Shown here: positions 13,514 to 25,759 of the stretch, in pieces
Numbering within the stretch: position 1 is the stretch's first letter
How the letters are laid out: each line of letters opens with the position of its first letter
Source of the DNA: Selaginella moellendorffii
Taxonomy: Eukaryota; Plantae; Lycopodiophyta
Direction: 5' to 3'
DNA: 64,000 nt
Assembly: GCF_000143415.4 (NCBI RefSeq)
Contig: NW_003314272.1
Coordinates: 291,173 to 355,172, forward strand
The notes under the pieces: generated by a model
Database searches by the model: none
What the model was told of the DNA's origin: nothing
What the model saw: the letters and a program-made list of their open reading frames with translations, nothing else
Program-made: the position numbers and the translations under genes

Positions 13514-13519
13514 TCATGA
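13052..13519 (+). CDS. Small secreted peptide precursor, phytosulfokine-like, copy 2 (69 aa)
   Basis: Exons 13052-13133, 13332-13387, 13448-13519 give MSRALSLFFFVLLVAAAVTSRPVKNETVMATTAKQLDSSPSSTRPEQPIISGDQEQQAHVDYIYDFNPS*. TATATATATA box at ~12960. Confidence 0.75.
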
Positions 13520-14228
13520 AACGAGGCATCAATAAGAGAGTGAAAGAAATTCTCATATATTTAATATAAATTTGTAAGGGTACTATCTAAATTTTTTTAA
13601 TTTGTATATATTTTAAAATATTAAAACGAAAATACAGTCTGGGTCTTAGCTAAACAATATGGAATAAATATTACAATAAATCTAATCTTCTTTCTAGATC
13701 AAATCTGATCTCATGAGCACTTTTGCAAGTTCAACTGTAACTATGGACTCCGTGATTTGAAGCTTGGTTCTGTCACAAAAAGATCTCCAAAAGTCAGATG
13801 AACAGCAAACAATATTCTTGAAAGCAAGGTGCCTTTTCCTTTTGCCCGTTTTCTTCTTCTCATCCAGGATTCTTGCCATGCTGAAAGCACGGCACTCTGA
13901 AAAACTTGTCATCTCCTAACATGAAAGTTGGCAAAACTGTACATCTCTCACACATTGGCCATCTTTTCCAGTGGGCAAGTCAGAAACTCCTCTTGGAAAA
14001 ATTTGGGTACTCCCAAAAGTCAATCCTCTCCCGGCTATAAGAATCGATCAATCTCAAAAGCTTTTGAGCAGCAAAGGGATCTTTCAGTGCCAATGGCAGT
14101 GAGTTACAAAGAAAAGCTCTCTAGATGGATTCTTAAGACCTGTCGTGGTATCTTTTGCAGGGATGAATCAGCTGGATCACTTCACACACGGATCGATCTG
14201 ATTTGGCAAAACTATAACAAGCACGAAG

Positions 14229-15945
14229 ATGGCGACCACCACCACCAACAAGAACGACCAGCTCAACGTTCTCGACGCGCTAGACACGGCCAAGACGCAG
14301 TGGTACCATGTCACGGCCGTGATCATCTCGGGGATGGGCTTTTTCACCGATGCCTACGATCTCTTTTGCATCTCTCTCCTCACCAAGCTCCTGGGCCGGA
14401 TCTACTACTACGACCCCTCCACTGGAACCCCGGGCGAGCTCCCAGTGAGCATCAATGCCGCCGTGAGCGGCATCGCGCTGTGCGGCACCTTCACGGGCCA
14501 GCTCTTCTTCGGCTGGCTGGGCGATCGCCTGGGCCGCAAGAGAGTCTACGGCATCACCTCCATGATCATGGTCGTCTTCTCCATCGCCTCGGGCTTCTCG
14601 TTTGGATCCAGCGCGCGTGCAGTCATCGGCACGCTCTGCTTCTTCCGCTTCTGGCTGGGATTCGGAATTGGCGGCGACTACCCGCTGTCCGCGACGATCA
14701 TGTCCGAGTACGCCAACACCAAGACGCGGGGGGCGTTCGTGGCGGCGGTGTTTGCCATGCAAGGCGTGGGGATCTTGGTGGCGGCCGTGGTGACCATGGC
14801 GGTGTCGGGGGTGTTCATGGTGGGATTCAAAGCCCCCAGCTTCGAGGAGAGCCCCGGGCTGTCCACGCCGCACGAGGCCGACTACGTGTGGAGGATCGTC
14901 TTCATGCTGGGCAGCGTCCCGGCGGGGCTCACGTACTACTGGCGGATGAAGATGCCCGAGACCGCGCGGTACACCGCGCTCGTGGCCGGGGACCTTGACC
15001 GGGCAAACGCCGACATGAGCAAAGTCCTCCAGGTCGACCTCACGGACGATCACCATCGTGGCGTTGATCATCAGGTACTTTGGCCTCCATTTTCCTTAAC
15101 GTTTGTTCTTTGGCTTGAAACAGTTCAAGATTGCTAAGAAGGTCCAGGCTCAATCATCCTTCCCGCTCTTTTCATCACGCTTCGCGAGGAGACACGGCCT
15201 CCACCTCTTCGTCACTACCACCACCTGGTTCCTCCAGGCCTTCGCCTTCTACAGCCAACAGCTCTTCCAAAAGGACATTTACACCCAGGTGGGATTCATC
15301 AAGCCCGCCAAGACCATGTCTGCACTCCAAGAGGCGCTGGTCACTGCGAGAGCGCAAGCCCTGGTGGCACTGTGCGGGACGGTCCCGGGCTACTGGGTCA
15401 CCGTTGCGCTCATCGATCGATTGGGCCGCAAGCCCATCCAGCTCCTTGGCTTCCTCATGATGGGCACTTTCATGTATGCTCTGGCCGTCCCCTACGAGAG
15501 CTACTGGCGGGGCAAACACCTGGACGCCGCCACTGGCAAATACCAAGGCGGCCACAACGTTGGCTTCGTGGTGCTCTTCGCGCTAACATTCTTCTTCGCC
15601 AACTTTGGACCCAACAGCACCACCTTCATCGTCCCCGCGGAGGTGTTCCCCGCGCGGCTGCGCTCGACGTGCCACGGCATCTCCGCAGGCGTGGGCAAGC
15701 TTGGGTCCATCCTGGGCGCCTTTGGCTTCGTCTACGTGTCACAGCCCACCAGGAAATCCGAGCTCCCACGGGGATACCACCACCCGGGGATTGGGATGAG
15801 GAACGCGCTGCTGCTGCTGGCCAGCGCCAGCATGCTGGGCTTCTTCATCTCGCTGCTCATGCCGGAGACCAAAGGTAAGAGCCTTGAAGAACTCTCTGGT
15901 GAAAGCGTCATGAATGAAAGCAAAGTTGATGTTCAGAGTGTTTAG
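14229..15945 (+). CDS. PHT1: PHT1-family phosphate:H+ symporter (MFS), one intron starting at 15075
   Basis: [14 protein letters not shown], signature [28 protein letters not shown], and [31 protein letters not shown]. Confidence 0.96.
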
Positions 15946-16965
15946 TCTATATTAATAAATTATGGAATTTTCACTGATGAAAACACGCATGGAAACCTAA
16001 AACGGAAAATGAGAAAGGACAAAGGAGCGTAAACTTATATAAATTTAATTCCAGTTGTAAAGAGTACTTTTCCCTGCTTCTGGGAGCTCCTTTTGACGTG
16101 GCGATCCACCGAGGTGGCAGCGCCATGTGTTTGGCGCCAAAAGCTCAGAAGATTTTTATTGACCTAGCTTTCGATTCGATCGATGCGCCTGGCCGCAGAT
16201 CGCGCGCACACACGGGAGGGCGCTGCCGCGACTGGCAGTGGGCGATCCCGCGCTCCCAGAATCCTTTCTTTTTTCCCCTCTTGCTCCTCCTTTCGCTCTT
16301 TTCTTATTGCGATTCTTTGTCGCGTATGTTGCAAAGGCTACGCAACAGAGGCTGAGTGTAGCTGTAATGATTCCCGAGCCCACAATGTGTCGCATCCATT
16401 GCCGTAGCTTTCCACTCTTCTTTTTCGGCTCCTCTACTGGAGAGCTCCAGGCCATTTGCTGCTCACAGAGCGCACCATCCCACTGCGATTTGTCCTTCTA
16501 CGAATCAGATCTTCTGCGCACTGTCGAATGCGAGTATTTTTTTTTTCCCCTCAATTGACAATTCCACATTGGTTTTGTGTGATTAGTTTAAAGAAATGAA
16601 GATGAGCCAGGGCTATAAAGGGTGGAGGCCTCCTCGTCTCAGGGAAGTGGTGTCTCATTGCAAAGAATTCCACGCTCCTACAGTCCAGAGGTGCCTCTTC
16701 GAAAGCTTGGTGAGTTTTGTCATATTTTTTTTTCTCTCACTCTCTCTCTCTCCCCCCCCTCCCTCGACCTCCTAGATTCTTTCAGGTTGTTTCGGCTTTC
16801 CCGTGTTTTATTTGCTCGCATGCCTCTTCCCCCGGTTCTTCTAGTTCGTGTTTTTGTTTTTAAAATGCACAGTCGATTCGATTTTCATCTAAGCCTACTC
16901 ACTCAGGACTGTGAGATTCTTTCCCTTGCAGGCTAGCGTTTCACAGCTCCCTTTCGACATCAGCT

Positions 16966-18168
16966 ATGGGAGTGGTAGCGCTCGAGAGCTTTGAGCCGGC
17001 TCTGACACCTTCTCTCGATCACAGGGATAGCCACCACTCTGATCAGGAAATACCATCCATTGATCTATTGCCTTTTTTCGAGCCAGATTCATCCCCAGGC
17101 ATCGCAGCGGGCAGGGAACGAATAATTCAGGAGATCGCCAGAGCCTGCGAAGAATGGGGATTCTTCCAGGTTGTCAACCACGGCCTCGACTGCGACTTGA
17201 TAACTCAGTCCCTCCGGGCTTCCAAGGATTTTTTCGATCTCTCTATGGAAGAGAAGATGAAAGTGAGACCCCCTCCAGGAACTTGTCCCGTGCCCATGGG
17301 ATTCTGTCACAACAGTGGAATTGACGGCCTTGTGGAGAGAAAGGAACATCTTTTCTTCTTCGCTGAGGATGGATCACCGACGAAGTCACCTGACAGTTTC
17401 TCGAAGTACAACGTTTGGCCGGGAAAGCCACAAAACTTCTGGTAAGACGTCTACTGTTCTTTCTTTCTTCTTTCTTTCTTAGTCTCTGGGATTGATCGCA
17501 GCTCAATTGTCCGCGAGCGACTTATTGTCGAGGGCCAGAAAACAGCGATTTTCCTGCTGAGTCTTATTTCCCGGAGCTTGGGACTGCCGGATAACTTCCT
17601 GTACGAGCACTACAAGGAGAAGATGAACGCTCTCATCATGCTCTTCTACCCGGTTTCGGACATCCCGGAAGACATCGGCCTCCACAAGCACCAAGATGGG
17701 AACATTCTCAGCGTGGTGGCACAGAACGAGACCGAGGGACTCCAGGTCTTGAAGGACGACAAGTGGATCACAGTCAAGCCACGCACGGGGAGCTTGGTTG
17801 TCAACGTTGGCGACATTGTCCAGGTATGTTTTTCTTCTTCGTGATCTCCATTCTTTCATGCTTAGAAATTCATAGAGCTTTTACTTTGTCTCCCTCAGGT
17901 GTGGAGCAACGACAGATACAAAAGCGTCCAGCACCGAGTCATCAACAACGATCAAAACGTCCGCTACTCGTTCGCCTTCTCCTGTGTTCCTGGAGTGAGC
18001 ACACTGGTAGCTCCGCTCCCGCAGTTCACGAGCGAGATCCAACAGGCCCCGCGCTACCGGGAGTTCCAGTATGGGGAGTACATGATGTACAGATTCGAGA
18101 ACAAGAAGATCGTATCCAAGAACTCGGAGGAGATCACCATCAAGTACTATTCAACCGCAGAGGAGTAA
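16966..18168 (+). CDS. 2-oxoglutarate/Fe(II) dioxygenase (DOXC class), 3 coding exons
   Basis: Exons 16966-17441, 17502-17823, 17899-18168. Motifs IPSIDL, ACEEWGFFQVVNHG, HQD...HRV iron ligands and RYS 2OG site. TATA at ~16614 and a 5' UTR intron at ~16710-16931. Confidence 0.93.
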
Positions 18169-20377
18169 AGATCGCAAGAACAGGAGACACAAGCAGAAGA
18201 AAGAAGAAGAAGAAAATCGATGTTAATTATCTGTCGACAGCAACAGGGATAAATCTAACAAAAAGACACGGGTTATGTTTTTAGGCCGTATTCTTTCTTG
18301 TCCGAAAACTTGGCATGACGTGATCGGTGATGTACGTGTTTCAGGTGTCCAGAGGGACAGGCATTCTTCCCAAAGATGGCGTGACCACCACCGCCACACC
18401 GCTTTGCGGTAGGACAGGAGCTTTTCTATTTTATTTTCTCCCTCTCTCAGGCGCAAACGCGAAAGAAAAAGATGGCAATTTGGAGGAAGCGTCTGCTTGA
18501 GAAATCATGAGTAGCATCTCTCTGATGGGGGAAAAAGGGGGAAGAAAGGAAAAAAAAGAAAGAGCTTTGGTTCAAGAGCTTTGTAGGAGAACCAGCCATT
18601 GAGAATCCAAGTGCCTTCCTTACATGCTCCGAGTAAATGGAAGCTCCTTTTGATTCGCTTTCATGGTATACAAATGAACACGACACGGCACAAACAATAC
18701 ACAACACGAAGACGCACACGAAACATGCACTGACAAGGCTGGCACAATCTTTTTGACGAGACCCACCTTCCTTGCTACAAACTTCCGGGCCAAAAAGAAG
18801 TTACATTATATAGATATGATCAAGTGGCTCACTGGATATCCAGAAACTCGCATCCCTGTTATGCTAATGGAGGACCATGGGAATGATCATCTCCAAAACA
18901 GATTGCATGCACCTCGTTTCCAGAACCAAAGAAAAAATTAGTGGACAAAACCCTCTACCGAAAGACTTTGAAGCATTATTATAGAATTTGTAAAGATGCT
19001 TGTTCCATCCTCAGGGATGAGCCATCTCATTGCCATGTCTTTCCATGTCACTTATCTCAGTAGTGGCAACCACTTTATACATGGAAGCAAGAAAAAATAG
19101 AGTCAAAGTTCTTCAACTTCCTGATGAACAGCAAATGCTTCAATGGTGGTTTTCCATTGACATGACAAGAACAATTTCCAAAGCTCCAAGTGAGGAAAGT
19201 TATGATTCCTGAATAATAGACATTCTCCCTAGATTATTTTTGTTTTTATAAATTAATAATAAATCTCACAAAACTAACTAGTTCTAAAGCTTTCATGATA
19301 AATTGACATTTCAAATTTATATTTATCTATTTTCCCTTTATCCATTTTATCTTTTACTTTTTTTTCATGAAATTGGAATTATAAAATAGATTAATAGAAG
19401 TAGAAAAATTTAAATAAGTACTATTTAGGATTATCCATATCAAACAATTTTTATTCAAATCCTATTCTTAGTTTATTATTATCATGCATTGCATCTAATT
19501 TTTCAAAGGAGAGTCTTGATTTTATTTTCTTTCATCATAGATACATACATTTTTCATTGTACTATAATTTTATTTATTGCTTTATTACTTTACATTGAAC
19601 ATAGCTAAAGGATTTCTAAATTGAAGTTAATTACATTGCTAAATTATAATATTAATCATACTAAGATGCCAAGATAATATATTATATATATATATTAGCT
19701 ATTGGATAAACTCACCACTAAAAAGACTAAAATATTTTAAAAAATTAAATTAAAGAGAATGAAAATTAAATTAATATATTATGGTGAACAAAAACTAAAA
19801 TAGGAAGTGGAAAAGCTTCTTAGACTCATGAATTGCTATTAACAATATGATATAATATAAAGTCCTTTAGAAAAATTGATCACCAAATTCTGCTTCCAGG
19901 GAAATAACAAAAATCTAAAGTATAAACCATTCAAAATAAAGAAATTATGGATAAATCCTCAAAATATGTATGCATATAAATTTTTTTTTGACTTTATCTA
20001 AAACAGAATGAGTATGAGTATTTAGTGACAGCTAATGCAACACTAAAAAGATAGAAATATTTCATATAATAATAAAAAATAAATGAAAAGTTTATATTAT
20101 TCTTTATTTAGTAAAGTATAAATTTATCTTCCTTCATGTTGTGATTCAAAACTATGCTAAAAATTCTGAAATCTCTACACTCTAGAATTTTATCAAACTT
20201 AATACACATTATGAAATTGTACAACTCTTTAAAATTTGCAAAACATGTTTTATGTAATTCAAGAACTTTAAATTAGCTTCTTTATTAGACCTAATAGTTT
20301 ATTTTAAATTTTTATTTTATTTTAGCATAAATTACATACTATTAAGTTTTTATTGAAAATTTTAACTATCATTTTGG

Positions 20378-21040
20378 CTATACCACATTAAGACCAACAA
20401 AGATCATGTTCTTCCTCACAACAATTACATTTGAGTGGAATGTTGGCAGCCACTCATGTTCCTGTGAATCATTAGTTAACTTCCAAGTCTAGTGCCAAGA
20501 ACAAACATTTCTTACCTTGATTGTATTGATGCTCTTGATCTCATGTCCTGGGATACAGTCCTTGAGATAAATGTGCTCTACTGATTTAATATGGGGAATC
20601 TTTGCCCTTGTCAAACTCTCAACACTGTAAGTTACTTTGATGATTGGTACAACCTCTCAATAGTGTGTGTACCTATTGAAGAGTTTTTGGATACCTTCAC
20701 CAAGGTATACCTTGAATAGCTAAGCACTTCTAGTGAGAAAAAGAAGAGATCAGAACGTGTTCTGCAAATGCTTAAAAACACTCACATGGATGCCTTGGAC
20801 ACTGCCATCCATCAGATACAATTAGCAACAGGGATTCTCCACTGATTTATAGCTCCTTGAACAAGTGCTGCAGATTAAACAATTAAGAAAGGAATAAACA
20901 AACTTGAAACCACTCACCAAGTTGAGTGATCTCCTCTTGTTCATCCTTGCACAAGCAAAACCTCTCTCAATATACACTTAAGATCCAAGCCCAATATCAA
21001 GAGGATAAAACCTTGTTATCTGTTGACCCCCTCCTCCCAT
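20378..21040 (-). pseudogene. Decayed intron-containing gene fragment of unknown family
   Basis: ATG at 21040 followed by three ~50-55 nt GTGAG/GTAAG...AG intron-like segments. Exon-like parts contain stops (MGGGGQQITRFYPLDIGLGS*...RAKIPHIKSVEHIYLKDCIPGHEIKSINTIK). Confidence 0.4.
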
Positions 21041-21449
21041 CACATTGCTCCTCCCTAAGAACAATAAATTGAAATAAATGAGTGAACCCTAGGCTAACCT
21101 CCCAACCCTAAAGGCATTCTAGCTTTAAATCCTACAAACCATAGAATATTTTGGAATGTTTTTATGGTTTGTCGCTCCCTCATAACCTAGGCACAGACAG
21201 TAGCCTCAAGAAGCTAAATGAGCCTTACATAAAAGAACTCTAAGGCAATACAGCCATGGGGAAAAAATGTGCAAATGACAATACCAATGTTGCAACAAAT
21301 AGCTATAAAATAAAATAATACAACATTCTTGCATGATAATACGGTCATGAAAACAAGAGAATAAGAATAGAGCAAAAAGCTCAAATTATATAGCAATACA
21401 GCTATAAAACTTAGTTTTCCCCTTCCTCATGAATGTTATCTAAGTCATA

Positions 21450-21922
21450 ACCAAAACTTAAAAATACTCTTTTTATATTATCCTAATTTCCCATATAGCC
21501 TCATCTATTGAATAACCATTCTATTCAAAAGTATCGCAAAACCCTTAATTAAATAGAAAAGAGGGTGCATTCTTTTTCATGGACCCTTTCCCTTTATATC
21601 TGAACCCTTGGAGATTGTCTATTGAGTTATTCTTTTTAACTATTTATAATCCATTATACTTCCTTGTAAGTTCACACCCTCAAGAAACCCCTCTGATACC
21701 AAATATAAACTTCTAAATCTAGACTTCTTAGGAAACCATCCAATCTAATACTATTTAAATCCAACGATGCTTAATTCCAAGTATCTTAAAACCCTTAACT
21801 GATTGAAAAAAGGGGTGCATTCTTTTTCATAGGTTATTTCCCTTTATATCTATACCTATATGAATTATTTCTCGAGTCATTTTCTTTGGTTGCTTACACA
21901 AATCCTGAGTTGTCTTGTAACA
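21450..21922 (-). mobile_element. Degenerate miniature LTR element (TRIM-like)
   Basis: Two diverged ~220-bp direct repeats (cores at 21541-21669 and 21791-21920) flank a ~30-bp spacer containing a tRNA-iMet PBS (CTCTGATACCA, 21691-21701) and a purine-rich tract on the minus strand. Confidence 0.5.
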
Positions 21923-23099
21923 TATTGTGAATATAACTTTGGGTATCAAAAGATACTTGCTAGTTAGTCTTTATAGACACTCTCTCTTTATTACTATGAT
22001 GGTAGGAGGTTGGTACTACTAGTTTCCTTTATGGTCTCCACCTAAGCTAGTTGAGAAATTGATCATCATATATACATTTGACTAGATGGGCATAATGACA
22101 AAATTCTTTTATTCTTTCTTGCTTCAAATGCCACATCCATTATATGTTTTTTTCTCTAAAATCCTTCTTTAGGCCAACTATCAACGTCTTATTTTTCAAT
22201 ATTCAAAATTCACTATTCTGTAATGGCTTACTACAAGGTCTTAGCTTGGACTATAATGTGTTAGCTTGGACTATTGAATTAGTTAAACATACTTGATCTA
22301 GTTAAACAAACTTATTCATTAACTTACACTTGCTAGCATTAAGAACCCTTATGATATTGAGTTTAGTCCCTCAATATTGTTACATGATAGTTTACCATAT
22401 CCACTAGACACCCTTGCTATCACACCCCATATGTTGGTCCTATGGTTCTATATATTATTTAATATAAATGTTTAGATCCACCCAAGAGGTATATCTATGG
22501 AATGTAGAAAGTGTCCTAAACCCATAGTGTTATTCCTACACCCTAATTTGGGATCTAATGCCATTCCATATTTAATAAGTTTTTATGTTTATCCTAGAGA
22601 CTAATTCTTAAGACTGGGTGAAAGCTCAAAGCATATATTTCTCACCGGGGGGTGAGGGTTCCCAAATGTACAGCTGGGATAGTGGATGGATTGCATAGTT
22701 GACCATTTAAGACAATAGTTTGACTTCCATTGGGTTATGTCACTCTTTGTTCTATGTTCAGCTTGGGTTTAAGCCCAACCTCCATGTTGTATTAGTTGGT
22801 AGGATACCCACCTCCTTGTGTTAGGCCACCGGTATGTCAGAATCATGCCAGACACTTCTTGACACCATTTTGCATGTAGGTGCTTGATTTGGGGTAGTGC
22901 TCATAAGATTGAGAGTATACTGAATCTTCATTTCGTAGTGGAGAAATTGTCTTGGCAATTTTTATCCAATTTTTGTTAGAGTTTCTGACTCAAGTTGCAT
23001 ATGTAGAGACTTTTTTAGTAATTCTGAAGTGACTTATGTAGGAATAACTAAATTGCACCATTTGGTAAGAATGTTGTATGCCTGTTCAATTATTGATAA

Positions 23100-24305
23100 A
23101 GGCATACATACAACTAGTGAGATGGTGAAAAGGAGTTATATTGATAATGCTAAAATGTCTAGATAGGTAAATTGGGAGGAGGAAACTCTTATTGGAGATG
23201 TTATAGAAGAGGTTGAGGCTGAGTCAAAAGAGGAAGAGCTTGATGTTGCAACAGTATAATGTATAACTCAAGATATTGAGATTGAGAATTTACAAAAGGA
23301 AATTTACAAATTAAAGAAGGAGAACAAAAGGAGGAAGAAAGAAGTTGAGGTAGCTAAACCAGATTTACCTAAGCAACCAAATTCCTTTTCAAGTTTTGAG
23401 GATGATGAAATTTTGCAACTGCCCCCAGTTGCACAAGTTTCAAAGTTCAAGCCCCTGAAACCACCCACTTTCAAAAGTATGCGGGACTATCAAGATTTGG
23501 AAAACTAGGTCTACAATATGGAAAATTATTTCATAATGGCAGACATAGATGATTGTACAAAGGTTGTATACATACAATCCTTTGTCACTAATCATGCCAA
23601 AACTTGATGGCACCAAGTTTGCACTAAAAAAGGGCAAACTAGAAGTTAGATTTAAATGTGGTCTTGTATCTGTGAGGAATACTTGCTCAAAAAGTAGCTA
23701 AGAAGAGATATTAGACCTTTTGGATTCAAGTGATGGAAGCTAAAGGTGATGGTGACCCAATTTGAATCAATGATAGGGTTGATCTTGTACCAAGGGAAAT
23801 ATTAAAGTTGTTAGTGAGGAATCATAATATATTTCTAAAGGATTTACTATCAAGGCTACCCCATATCTGTGAGGTTGATCATCAAATTGAGATTATTTTG
23901 GGTTCTAAACCATCTATGAAAGCTTTATATTGTTTAAATATCAAGGAGAAAATTGAACTCAAAAAGAAACTCACAAAACTTCTTGACAAAAATCATATCT
24001 AACCAAGCAAGTCATCTTATAGAGTGTTGCTCCTTTTTGTTATGAAAAAGGATGGTACTATGAGGATTTGTATTTATTATCAAGCTCTTAACAAGATCAC
24101 AATCTGGAATTTTATCCTTTGCCTCATATTGATGACTTGTTTGATCAACTCTTAAAGGGTAAGTATTTTATGTAACTTGATTTGCAGTCCATATATTATT
24201 AGATACAGGTGGTAGATTAGGATGTGGAGAAAACAATCTTTAAGATTCGTTATGAGTCCTATAAGCTCCTCATTATGCCATTTGGATTATGTAATGCCCT
24301 GGCTA
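23100..24305 (+). mobile_element. Decayed Ty3/gypsy (chromovirus-type) gag and reverse-transcriptase relic
   Basis: KPLKPPTF gag-like piece, then VDHQIEII...PSKSSY...KKDGTMRICI...LPHIDDLFDQL...MPFGLCNA, with many stops and frameshifts. Confidence 0.85.
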
Positions 24306-24779
24306 TATTATAATGATGGATAGTGAAAACTAGATAGAGTTGCTTACTATTAGACAGATAACTATTTGCAAGCATGAGATAAAATTTGTTGTAGGAAAAG
24401 TAGAGGGTTTTGTTGATGTCGTTTCTTATACTTGTTGCTGTGATTGTGTGCTGTTGCTACTAATTCCTACCCTAGACACAAACTTCCAGACATATGATTA
24501 ATTTAGGAACTAAATTGAGACCTTCAATCCCCAAGAAGGCTCATGTGCATGGTCGTGAGTAAGGATAGGCTTGGCATCACTTGAGAGTACTCTAGATTTT
24601 GGGCATGTGGATGTGCATTGATGATGGAAAGCTGGAATACAAAAGAGATAAGGATAGGGTTTGAGTGCTAACTCACCCTTAACTAGTCCTATATAGTGGC
24701 AATTGCCACTAAATGTGGGTGATATTATTTATTTGGATACCTAACGTGGCCCATCAAAACCTTACTCTAGGTACATAGC

Positions 24780-25753
24780 TAGGGCACCTAAAGGTAGAAG
24801 GTGGGAAGAGTACTCACGAGGCTCATGTAAGGCTATAGTGTTTCGAAATGTCATCCCAAAGTCCTAGACTATGAAAAGGAAGAGGAGCAATCCTTTAATG
24901 TAGTGACCATATAATCATATGGTGAGGAAGTCCTAGAGGATAGTGAGACTTAGTGGTGGGGCTTTCAAGCCCTGACTCAAGGGCAATGTTGGCAAACACG
25001 ATTGTGGTTGGAAAGGGACTTGGTGGGGACCGAAAAAGGGATATTAGGGAAAGTTATTCCCCATATCTGTGGGCATCCTATGGATACTAAGGAGTGGATT
25101 TGGGATGATCACTTATGGACGGATAGCCTAGTCTTTGGGAGATGGGACTATGATGTAGATGGTGTTGGACCACCAGTGTGACAAAGGTGAATGGGCATAG
25201 TCTTAGTGTAATGGACTGATATGTTAGTGGTACCTTTAGGTGTTGATCATGGGATTAGACACGTGGAGCACTTGGACCAAGTGTAAAGGTTGAGTGGTAT
25301 ACATGCCATTTTTGGGGCTAACAAGTCCCTAAATTTGGAATAGGACTTATGGAGGTTGTGAGTGAGGCTCCTAAATATGGTCAAATATGTGGTTAAATGA
25401 CTAAAGTAGAATGGAAAATTTAGTCACTTACATTTGAGTATTGAGACTCAAACCTTAAGATTCAAGAATAGGAAGAAGCATCTTGGGTCCATCTTAGACT
25501 CCATCTTAGGTCCATCTTAACACTTTCACATGTCATGTGTTGGTCCTCTTATGTCCCTTTTCTAGAGACTCACTTACTACTCACTTCATGCTCGTTCCTT
25601 AAGCACTTCATTAAGAGTTTCACTCCCACTCTCAACTTTTCAGGTTGGAACTTTTAGTCCAAACGTGTTACACTCGTTTAATTTCTGCTTCAGCCACTAC
25701 CACATGGCACCCTTTCGGCTCCACTTTTGGGGCTCTGGGATTTGTGTCTCATA
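24780..25753. mobile_element. Old, mutated LTR fragments of the dominant LTR family, in both orientations
   Basis: 24780-25432 matches the LTR end ...AATGGAAAATTTAGTCACTTACA. 25478-25753 matches the other LTR end ...GGGATTTTGTGTCTCA. Confidence 0.8.
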
Positions 25754-25759
25754 TCAGGA

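Noticed and set aside
13520-14228. P1BS (GNATATNC) upstream of PHT1
   Set aside because: Only a near match (CAATATTC at ~13810); no exact site seen.
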